A stretch of DNA of 64,000 nt from an uncultured Gemmatimonadales bacterium (GTDB lineage: Bacteria > Gemmatimonadota > Gemmatimonadetes > Gemmatimonadales > GWC2-71-9). The stretch spans positions 1 through 64,000 of the forward strand of contig CAVYSW010000009.1 in NCBI GenBank assembly GCA_963771275.1. The letters are read 5' to 3'. Shown here in pieces: positions 33,801 through 41,269 of the stretch. The position numbers and the translations under genes were made by a program. Position 1 is the stretch's first letter, and each line of letters begins with the position of its first letter. The notes beneath the pieces are model-generated. The model made no database searches, had not been told where the DNA came from, and was given only the letters and a program-made list of their open reading frames with translations.

Positions 33801-33987
33801 GCGCGGTGAAGGTGAGTCCGTTCTCGGCCACGTAGGTAGCGTCGGCGACGTTGGAGATCTGGGTGCCCGCGGGCGTCGGGCCCTGGGCGAGCAGGTCGGT
33901 GCCGATCAGGCACAGCACGAGCGCGGCCCCGAACAACGCCATCCCGGGCCGCGACGCGCTCTGCTGGTTTCGGTGTGACCTGCTCAT
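27889..33987 (-). CDS. Large outer-membrane protein: DUF11 repeats, SdrD B-like, OmpA-like, Ig-like and C-terminal beta-strand-rich region
   Basis: Signal peptide; three DUF11 units; WLDRNGDGVQSGDEPG; IAGHTSSEG...NLRLSLERA...NRRVE; long amphipathic-strand C-terminus ending FWRARFGN. Confidence 0.85.
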   Translation of the reverse strand: MSRSHRNQQSASRPGMALFGAALVLCLIGTDLLAQGPTPAGTQISNVADATYVAENGLTFTARSNVLVVTVAQVGGVDLAPPRAATANPGSRVVFAHTVTNVGNGTDSLRLAAVSRTGWAVTLYRDLNDDGVLDASDPAIQGLTLAAGAVASVLAAVDVPGSPTVRGTTDTVTVTAVSEFDGAADAVLDVLQVPDAGVLVTLAKLVDRTTATTGDVLSYTLTCDVSGTNPATSLVVSDPIPPGATYIAGSLTWGGTALTDAVGDDAAWFDPAGNRVVFALGDLPSGQRGTLAFQVRIANGLADQTPIANRAGAVYGTLAGADSVTSNTAVTTVVHAQLGLANTLLGPVTARIGEQVLYALVAANRSPTMPARAVTLVDTLPPGLDFVSAAPAATVSGGVLSWTMGDVAPGDSVSVALTVRVSDQVRDTVTVRNVAVVAAANAPPAAALSAPVVLVGLLPNQLGLQKSADVLEVGLGETVPYTLVLQNTGDNPLGDLRVVDSLPEGGRYATGSALGADSVHVDGRVLTFFWSGPLAPGASHTVRYQVAIVSAEQQVIENRAYATAEGGGVTAPMQVAWVRLRSSWPLETRAVIGKAWLDRNGDGVQSGDEPGVAGLDVWTDDGEVATTDADGKFSFQNVRAGGHAFRLDPATVPADYRIASSDQIVTRDAGGWTTPIVQFRLVPRAARVERARVPLTWSFGARTVAAAADTVPQPPAEPAVAGQPDSVTAAVPAVPIWVLPVTFELAQSRLTAASRPVLDELAALLNASPEIRVEIAGHTSSEGPRSLNLRLSLERATTVTDYLVSQGVDAARLTVLAYGPDRPAVSNATRQGRARNRRVEMRLVPGASRSTTATFVRGVATVLPAEAPPPAPPVTEYTVTIANPGDRPLEGLAVRFGAPVDSVRLVMGEAPVPTVDGPLDLPALAPGTRLALTAWTTGSADSAYATLEIAGQSAGRIATAVVDSLTPATGVAREASDAPGPVTLALAPVAARVVAEPVVVPTLRTDAERDADARNAFLMGPAVRIFGLTDGTVTARDRVFIGVRGEPGQPVTLYDGDTVLARGDVRVDGIHDFIAVPLTPGPHRLRVALRNTWNQERWDSIAVHVSGLPATLVGPTGALQLTADGQTVAPVRVRLLDRWGVPVVTPTDVTVTVDGADVSGGDSDPSSVGLQLQSDSLGWLTVDVKPGFVVTRGRLTLRTGDAMYERPLETLPAARPLMVTAVGRVGVGAAPDAYGALTARGRLDARTSVVLSVDSRRLNAGRENFGRDYDPLDEAQYPILGDASAVRTLSASRYAVSARVERGFDWLTVGDVATAEFAQGLSLAAYRRALSGGMAQITTGPVAWRGFASLTSQSLRQEQIRGAGVSGPYALGGAAIPTSEQIVVETRDRENPQRVVTRQGLVRFVDYQIDYETGTLLFKRPVPAADENENPVFLVVTYEGRGGGASRLVGGLRASVSALPRSGLGGLDSLRLGVSAIHADEPTGAFNLTGVDVRLLKTKALDLGAELSYSHAPDSSGLATSLTGSADLFQGALHLSAAWMKIGDGFGNPSNIALRAGTAELKAGGSYRFAATGTTFRAQHEYFSSASQAVSRRRTSLGVVQPIGAHFQVEATDALDSFENGADGDRSNALEGKLSWTPFPRLRLWAEGRQQLGASESLVRPNQIGAGAGLKLTDNVSLELRHRFALLPDDQSYGVTNIGVRSELGFGTQAWGSYQLAGGAGARYNAAVIGLNNRLRLGSAWTVNTMFERRFGVSGADPGDPVRALPFLQDEEDYWSVSGGVELLPAGAPYRVTGRGEYRDGDRLSTRLVTLAGDVSINRSLAILSRQELLRTEQALATGSRNSRRVASLWGVAFRPIRSDAVHVLTKFSWLDETNPLDRGVLTSLGQEQRLIGAAELIWTPTRRVELAGRYAIRRTAADRQHEDSTLQRLESRADYAGARAELRLNAFLTFRSEGRLLIERTSSSARWDVAPSLAVGLIDVLEVAAGYRFGDLRDPDFAVRGGHGAFVTLGARITEGSVATVAGFWRARFGN

Positions 33988-34019
33988 GGCATCCGCGCTC
34001 CAACGCACAGGCGTAAAGG

Positions 34020-34035
34020 GCACGCTACATGCCAG
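34020..34035 (-). promoter_or_regulatory. Sigma-54 (-24/-12) promoter
   Basis: CTGGCATGTAGCGTGC, GG-N10-GC, just upstream of ATG 33987. Confidence 0.75.
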
Positions 34036-34125
34036 CTCGTGCGCTCTGAGAAATCATCTAAAACGTTATTGATAAACGACTTAGAAACTGACGATTGGGC
34101 TACAACTCGTCCGTCACGGCCGGGG

Positions 34126-34152
34126 GTTACCATTGGTAACCGGCCTGGTAAC
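34126..34152. promoter_or_regulatory. Putative enhancer (bEBP binding site), copy 1
   Basis: GTTAC-CATTG-GTAAC-CGGCCTG-GTAAC. Confidence 0.7.
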
Positions 34153-34291
34153 GACGCTCGTGCCAGGCACTTGGGGGATCCGGTGCGGGGCGGGAGAAAA
34201 GACCGAGGCGGCCGCCTCCGACCCTTGAGATCGGAGAGCGACCGCCCGGAAGGGAGTCGAGCTGGAGGCCGCCCTCAGGCGGCGGCGCGGT

Positions 34292-35536
34292 CTAGTTCAC
34301 CCGGGCCTGGATCCAGAAGAACCGGGTCGCGCCGGCGCCGAGCGCCACTGTGAGATCGGCATCGACGTCGTTGCCGCTGTTGGCCAGCGTCCACCCGGCC
34401 GAGCCATCGTTGGCCAGCGCGAGGAACGTCAGCTCCGCCGGCAACAGATCGTCCACGTGCACGCTGGTGGCGTTCTGGTCGCCGGCGTTGGTCACGCTCA
34501 CCCGGTACCAGATCACCTCCTGCGGGACGACGCGGTCGGTCGGCCCGATCACGGTGACCTGATCGCTGCGATACACCTGCTTGGCGATGGTCACGCGCGG
34601 GCGGATCACCGTGAGGTCCACGTAGCCGTTGTCGAGCGTGGCCGGCTGCGTCACCGACCGCGCCACCAGGTAGAGCGTGTCCCGTGACCCAACCGCGACC
34701 TCGGCGACCGTGTAGGTCACGTCGATGGACACCGACCCGCCGGTGGGGATCGTCACCCGCGTGCTGTCCGGCGGACCGGCCACGCCATTCACCGTCAGGA
34801 TGCCGATCACGACCGACCCCGGACTCGACGCGAGCAGATCGAACGCCTCGGCGGCGTTGCCGGTATTGTTCACGGTGAACGTCTCGGTGTAGGCCGATGC
34901 CCCGCTCGGCAAGCGCTGGCGATTGACGCCACCGTCCGGCGTCACGGCCACCCCGTAGGCCGCGGGCGGCGAGATGTTCGTGGTCGCGGCATCGCTCATC
35001 GTGCCGTCACGCTGCGATGTCGCCGTCAGCGTGTAGCCGGTGGTCTGGCCCCCCTGGCCGGCGTTCACGTCGTAGATCACCGTGACGGTGAGCGATCCCG
35101 TGATGCCCGCCAGCGACTGCGTGAGCAGCGCCGTGTTCAGCGCCGCCACGCTCGCGTAGACGGTCCCCACGCCGTTGATCTGGTATCCGGTCACGGTGAT
35201 CACCGCGCCGTTCGAGATCGTCTCGCCGACCTGCACCGTGTCGGTGCCGTTCCCGATGTTGGCCACCGTGAACGTGATCGATTGGCCCGACGAGGGCGAC
35301 GCGGGCGTGACCGACGCCACCCCCGTCACGTCGAGACCGGCCTGGAAGCCCACCGTGACCGACACCGAGGCGCTGTCGGGCGCATACAGCCGTCCCGTCG
35401 CATCGCGGTAGTTCACGATCGCCTTGTTGGTGATGACGGTTCCCTCAGGCGTTTGCGCCCGGGCCGGGACGGTCACCATGGCCACGGCGACTGCCGCCAA
35501 CGCCACGGCGCGCATCATCCAATTCGAGTTTCTCAT
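34292..35536 (-). CDS. Secreted DUF11 protein, putative major fibre subunit
   Basis: GGAGG RBS, signal peptide, N-terminal QTPEGTVITNKAIVNY, Ig-like repeats, terminal DUF11 ending FWIQARVN. Confidence 0.85.
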   Translation of the reverse strand: MRNSNWMMRAVALAAVAVAMVTVPARAQTPEGTVITNKAIVNYRDATGRLYAPDSASVSVTVGFQAGLDVTGVASVTPASPSSGQSITFTVANIGNGTDTVQVGETISNGAVITVTGYQINGVGTVYASVAALNTALLTQSLAGITGSLTVTVIYDVNAGQGGQTTGYTLTATSQRDGTMSDAATTNISPPAAYGVAVTPDGGVNRQRLPSGASAYTETFTVNNTGNAAEAFDLLASSPGSVVIGILTVNGVAGPPDSTRVTIPTGGSVSIDVTYTVAEVAVGSRDTLYLVARSVTQPATLDNGYVDLTVIRPRVTIAKQVYRSDQVTVIGPTDRVVPQEVIWYRVSVTNAGDQNATSVHVDDLLPAELTFLALANDGSAGWTLANSGNDVDADLTVALGAGATRFFWIQARVN

Positions 35537-35586
35537 GTTCGCCTCCACTCTCCCCCCTCAGGTGTTTACCGTTGCTGCGTAGCGCT

Positions 35587-36123
35587 TCACCGACTGGCCG
35601 CGCTGGTATCCGGCCGCGGCTCCGCCCCAGGCAGCCGCGCCCGGAACTCGGCCGTCACCTGGGCGCCGGGCTGCACCCAGCCCTGCACGGTCCAGCGGAC
35701 ATGCGTGTAGCGTTGCACCGGGGCCGGCCGCTGCTGCGGCTTCCCGTCCACCATTACCTCGATCATCGGTTGGGCGGAGAATGTGGCTCCGCCGTCGATG
35801 GAGTACTCGATCAGCGTGTCGTCGCGATCCGTTTTCGCCGACGCGATGACGTAGCGCAGGCCGGACGGGATCGGGTCTTTCAGCTCGATGCTGCGCACTG
35901 GTGTGGCGTTCAGGTTGGTGAACACGAGCCGGTACTCCACGACATCGCCCGGCAACAGCGCGTTCGAATCGGCGAGTCCACGATGTCGCTCGTCGCCCGC
36001 CATGAGATTCACCGCGGTGATGACGAGCGCCTGCGGCTCGCGCTGTTGTGCCGCGACGCGCATCCCCGCCGCCGCCACGACCAGCCCCGCGACCAACCCC
36101 GCCTGCAGTAGTCTCGTGCTCAT
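35587..36123 (-). CDS. Small secreted single DUF11-like protein
   Basis: Signal peptide; LPGDVVEYRLVFTN, LKDPIPSG, YSIDGG, YTHVRW, AEFRARL. Confidence 0.85.
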   Translation of the reverse strand: MSTRLLQAGLVAGLVVAAAGMRVAAQQREPQALVITAVNLMAGDERHRGLADSNALLPGDVVEYRLVFTNLNATPVRSIELKDPIPSGLRYVIASAKTDRDDTLIEYSIDGGATFSAQPMIEVMVDGKPQQRPAPVQRYTHVRWTVQGWVQPGAQVTAEFRARLPGAEPRPDTSAASR

Positions 36124-36308
36124 GACTCGGTCTCCTCCGTGCTGCGTCGGCTGGTCCGGCCCCACTTGGCCTTGGCACGCTCCGGTGCGCCTTGCGCCTC
36201 CTGCCATGCGAACGGCACTTCGCACCCGTGGCAGATCACCCATTTGCCCGAGAAATCCCCTCGAGCGTAGTGCGTGCTCGTTCCGCAGTGTGGGCACCGC
36301 AACACCAT
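36120..36308 (-). CDS. Small zinc-ribbon protein (62 aa)
   Basis: MVLRCPHC...VICHGC; AGGAG RBS; ATGA overlap with the next gene. Confidence 0.65.
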   Translation of the reverse strand: MVLRCPHCGTSTHYARGDFSGKWVICHGCEVPFAWQEAQGAPERAKAKWGRTSRRSTEETES

Positions 36309-36346
36309 GTGCGACTCCTGTCGTCCAGCTGTTCGGCCGCTAGGGA

Positions 36347-36362
36347 AGCACGGGCCATGCCG
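36347..36362 (-). promoter_or_regulatory. Sigma-54 (-24/-12) promoter
   Basis: CGGCATGGCCCGTGCT, GG-N10-GC. Confidence 0.7.
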
Positions 36363-36459
36363 GGTGGCGAGCATCGACCAATATCGTCGTAAGGTATTGT
36401 CATAAATCGTCTTACAGAGATGCCAACCAGGCAGACTGTCTGTCGCTGCGGGATGTCTG

Positions 36460-36486
36460 GTTACCGAAGGTAACGGCCGGGGTAAC
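36460..36486. promoter_or_regulatory. Putative enhancer, copy 2
   Basis: GTTAC-CGAAG-GTAAC-GGCCGGG-GTAAC. Confidence 0.7.
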
Positions 36487-36517
36487 GCGAGATCGGAACC
36501 GGGCTGGTCGAAGGGGA

Positions 36518-38818
36518 CTACTTGATCCGGGCCACGTACTGGAACGTGCACGTGTTGTTGGGGGCCACCGCGCTCAGGTCGTTGAGCAGCATCCAGCGGA
36601 TCCGGTTGACGCACCCATCGTAGCCCGCCAGGGCCCCGCAGCCGAGCGACGCGGGGGTGTAGGTCCACGTCGCGCCGGCGTCGTTGGAGTACGCGACGGC
36701 GGTACTCACACCGGGCGGCAGCGTGTTCACCACCGATCCGACCTTGAACGTCACCTGCCCGGCGATCGAGTCCACCACGGTGACCGCCACGGCATCGATC
36801 GTCCCGGTGTTGACCGCGTCGATCAGATAGGTGAGATCGGTTCCCGGCGCGACGGCCCCACTGGGATTCGCGCTGCGGCTGATCGTCACTTTCGGTCCGC
36901 CGGAAATCGTGACGTCCTCACCCGTGCTCGATGCCGGAGCGTATGCGGCGCTGGTGGTGCCCGCGGCCGTGGTGCGCGCCGGATCGAGGTAGATGGCCCG
37001 CGCCGGATTCTGATAGGTGCCATTCGGCGTGGCGGCGGCGATGTTGGCGGTGAACGTGAGGCGCACGCTGCCGCCACCCGGGATGGAGAATGTGCCCCAG
37101 GTTGGGATGGCCGCCCCGACGGCAGGGTTCGTCGTGCTGGGCCGGGAGGCGCCCCCGCTGAAGACCGGCGCCGCGGTGGACGCGTAGGTGAACCCGGTCG
37201 GGAGCGTGTCGGTGATGGTGAGCGTCCGCGCCGTGTCGCGACCCGCGGCGTTCGCCACCACGACGGTATAGGTCGCCGTGGTCCCGGAGGGGGAATAGGT
37301 CACGGACGGCGTCGACGTGGTCTTCGTGACCGTGAGTGCCGGGACGCACGCGGCGCCGGCCGACGTGCCCGGAATCTGATTCGCCGTCAAGGTCGCGACG
37401 GAGGATCCGGACGCGCCGGCGGTGGCGTTGAACAGATTCCCGGGCGAAACCGTGTATCCCGGAGCACCCCCCGCGACGTCGACGGATGCCGCGCCGGAGA
37501 GCGCGACGAACCCGCCACCACCACCAGCACCGGGACCATGCGGGACCCCTCCGATGTGGGCGTTCCCGCCATCGCCGCCCCGCGCCTGGACACTGAGGCC
37601 GGCGAGCCCGCCGCTGGCGGCATACACGACGACGCTGCCGCCGGCGCCCCCGCCGCCGCCGCCGTCATTCGCGGGCGTGTTCCCCACCTGTCCATTGGCG
37701 CTGATCGCGCCGACGCCGGTCACGCTCCCGGCGCGGATCATCACGATGCCACCACCCGCGCCACCCGAGCTGGCCGTGCCCGAGGAGTTGTTGCGGGTGC
37801 CCGCTCCACCACCGCCCCCCAACACGATCAGGCTAGCGGCGGCGGGGACGCTCGCGCCCCCGCGTCCCCCCACCGCGAGATTCGAGTTCCAGGAGTTGCC
37901 GCCGCGGCCCCCCGCACCCGCATTCCCACCGCCGCCACCGCCGGAGTTCTCGTCGTTGGCGGAGGGACGTCCGTCGGTGCCACCACCCCCCGCGTTTCCC
38001 GGCGCGCCCCGCGCCGTGCTGCCGTTGGGGTATCCCTCCGTGCCGTTGTTGATCAGCGCCGCCGTCACGGGATCGACCACGTAGCGCGGCATGCCCGCGA
38101 TGCCCTCGCCCTTCGACCCGTGGAAGTTGTACGTGGCGAGGTTCCGGTAGTCGGTATTGGAACCGCCAGACCCTCCCGTGAGCCCCCGGCCGCCACCGCC
38201 GCGAAATCCCTTGGCGTCGACGCTCACCGTGCCACCGAGCGTCAACGTCCCGGCGACATCGATCGCGAGAATGCCGCCGGTGGCCCCATTCCAACCCGAC
38301 GCCGTGAGGCCGGAGCTGAGCGACGCGCTGGAGTACTGCGGGACGCGGACCACCTGATAGCGCCGCTGGCCCTGCGATCCCGTGGCCGCCGCGTTGGTGT
38401 AGGAGTAGTTCAGACCGTTCCCTGTCCCGGTTCCCCGGAAGGTGACGGTGCCGCCCGCGAGGCCGACGGTACTGGTCGCCGTCACGTACTCGTACCGGCC
38501 CGCGTTGTTGAGGCTGGTCGCCCCCGCACCGGACCCGTTGTTGGCCCCGTACGCGCTCGAGTTGGTGGAGTTGATCGCCGCGTCCTGCATCTGGATGATC
38601 AGCAGCAAATCGCCCGGCGTGATCCCCACGCTCGCCCCCGTCGCGGACCCGACCACGAGCGACGTGGCGCCCGCGGCGAGATTGGCGGTGGAGCCGGGGA
38701 AGTACGTGTTGACGATGCCGCTGAGCACGCCACCGGGACCGTCCTTGCCCGGGATGCCGCAGACCTGGGCTCCCGCCGGTGTGAGGGGCACGGACGCGAG
38801 CAGCAACGCCACCGTCAC
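36518..38818 (-). CDS. Secreted glycine-rich DUF11 protein, putative tip adhesin (start uncertain)
   Basis: Signal-like N-terminus, GDLLLIIQMQ domain, many poly-Gly runs, two DUF11 units, ends FQYVARIK. Confidence 0.85.
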   Translation of the reverse strand: MTVALLLASVPLTPAGAQVCGIPGKDGPGGVLSGIVNTYFPGSTANLAAGATSLVVGSATGASVGITPGDLLLIIQMQDAAINSTNSSAYGANNGSGAGATSLNNAGRYEYVTATSTVGLAGGTVTFRGTGTGNGLNYSYTNAAATGSQGQRRYQVVRVPQYSSASLSSGLTASGWNGATGGILAIDVAGTLTLGGTVSVDAKGFRGGGGRGLTGGSGGSNTDYRNLATYNFHGSKGEGIAGMPRYVVDPVTAALINNGTEGYPNGSTARGAPGNAGGGGTDGRPSANDENSGGGGGGNAGAGGRGGNSWNSNLAVGGRGGASVPAAASLIVLGGGGGAGTRNNSSGTASSGGAGGGIVMIRAGSVTGVGAISANGQVGNTPANDGGGGGGAGGSVVVYAASGGLAGLSVQARGGDGGNAHIGGVPHGPGAGGGGGFVALSGAASVDVAGGAPGYTVSPGNLFNATAGASGSSVATLTANQIPGTSAGAACVPALTVTKTTSTPSVTYSPSGTTATYTVVVANAAGRDTARTLTITDTLPTGFTYASTAAPVFSGGASRPSTTNPAVGAAIPTWGTFSIPGGGSVRLTFTANIAAATPNGTYQNPARAIYLDPARTTAAGTTSAAYAPASSTGEDVTISGGPKVTISRSANPSGAVAPGTDLTYLIDAVNTGTIDAVAVTVVDSIAGQVTFKVGSVVNTLPPGVSTAVAYSNDAGATWTYTPASLGCGALAGYDGCVNRIRWMLLNDLSAVAPNNTCTFQYVARIK

Positions 38819-38923
38819 CTCGGCACTCAGGCGGGAGCGTCGAGGGGCCGTGACGGCGCGGACGGCACACGACCGCCAGCTCCGTTTCGCAGCTCGACGT
38901 CGCTAGTCATCCACGGGCGAGTG

Positions 38924-38939
38924 AGCAGGACATGTGCCA
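38924..38939 (-). promoter_or_regulatory. Sigma-54 (-24/-12) promoter
   Basis: TGGCACATGTCCTGCT, near-consensus TGGCAC-N5-YTGC. Confidence 0.8.
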
Positions 38940-39024
38940 TGCCGCAGCACATGATAAGCTCATGCAATTCGGGCGGTTACGTGAAGTATCGCCATCCCGA
39001 CCGGCGGTACGCGATTCCTGCCCT

Positions 39025-39052
39025 GTTACCGTCACGTAACCGCGGCGGTAAC
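39025..39052. promoter_or_regulatory. Putative enhancer, copy 3
   Basis: GTTAC-CGTCAC-GTAAC-CGCGGCG-GTAAC. Confidence 0.65.
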
Positions 39053-39084
39053 GGTGGGGCGGCCTGGTGAGCAGCCAGCGCCGG

Positions 39085-40455
<1,371 letters not shown>

Positions 40456-40527
40456 GAGCGCAATACTTGTGCGACAGGCCAGCAATTACAAGGGCTTACG
40501 TGCCCGGGACCCCGGAGCGGGGCGGCG

Positions 40528-40911
40528 ATGGCACCTTCCGTTCGCGTGGTCGTGATCGACGATGATCGCGACCTCCGTCACCTGATCAAGCTCACCATGG
40601 AATTCACCGCCGGCTGGCAGGTCGATGTCGCCGGCGACGGGGAGGAAGGAATTGCCCTCACGCAGCGGGTCCGGCCTGATGTGGTAGTGGCAGATCTCAT
40701 GATGCCGGGGATGGATGGGTACGAGGTCTGCCGCCGCCTCCGGACGGACCCCGCCACCGCGGGAATCCCCGTCATCGTCCTGACGGCCCGCAAGAAAATT
40801 GACGCCGCGCGGCTGACGGAGGCCGGCGCGGCCGGCGTGCTGTTCAAGCCGTTCGAGCCCGACGAGCTCACGACCAGCATCCTGAAATTCATCCGTCCAC
40901 CCGATGCCTGA
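40528..40911 (+). CDS. Single-domain response regulator
   Basis: VVIDDD, DLMMPGMDG, VLTA, KPF. Confidence 0.92.
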   Translation: MAPSVRVVVIDDDRDLRHLIKLTMEFTAGWQVDVAGDGEEGIALTQRVRPDVVVADLMMPGMDGYEVCRRLRTDPATAGIPVIVLTARKKIDAARLTEAGAAGVLFKPFEPDELTTSILKFIRPPDA

Positions 40912-41269
40912 GCTACCAATCCCGGCTGATCGCGCGGCCGCACGGCAGGCCCTGGACCGGGAGTTTGCCGCCGGTCTGAGCGAGCGGACCGCGGTGCTCC
41001 GGGCCGCGCTCGCGGCGTGCGCGGACGTGTTCGCGGCGGCCGAGGTCGAGGCACTCTACTACCGCGCACACGCCCTGAAGGGCACGGCGGCGGCGTATGG
41101 GGCCGATGAGCTGGTGGAGCCGGCGGCCCGCCTCGCCGGCATCGGACGCGGCTGGCTGGAGCGGCGGGCCACCGTCGCCAGTGAGCGCGCCGCGGCCGTT
41201 GCGGCACTCGGCGACCTGGAAGCCGCCGTGGCCAGCTACCGCACCCGGATCGGCGCCACCACCCTGTGA
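40904..41269 (+). CDS. Hpt phosphotransfer protein
   Basis: AHALKGTAAAYG. Confidence 0.88.
   Translation: MPELPIPADRAAARQALDREFAAGLSERTAVLRAALAACADVFAAAEVEALYYRAHALKGTAAAYGADELVEPAARLAGIGRGWLERRATVASERAAAVAALGDLEAAVASYRTRIGATTL

Noticed and set aside
28942..33978. Long plus-strand ORFs (918 aa, 639 aa and others)
   Set aside because: Antisense shadows of the giant DUF11/OmpA gene, typical of high-GC DNA, with no motifs.
33988..34290. c-di-GMP or other riboswitch upstream of the adhesin genes
   Set aside because: No recognisable aptamer motif; the gap is explained by the sigma-54 promoter, AT-rich spacer and enhancer. An Rfam scan would be decisive.
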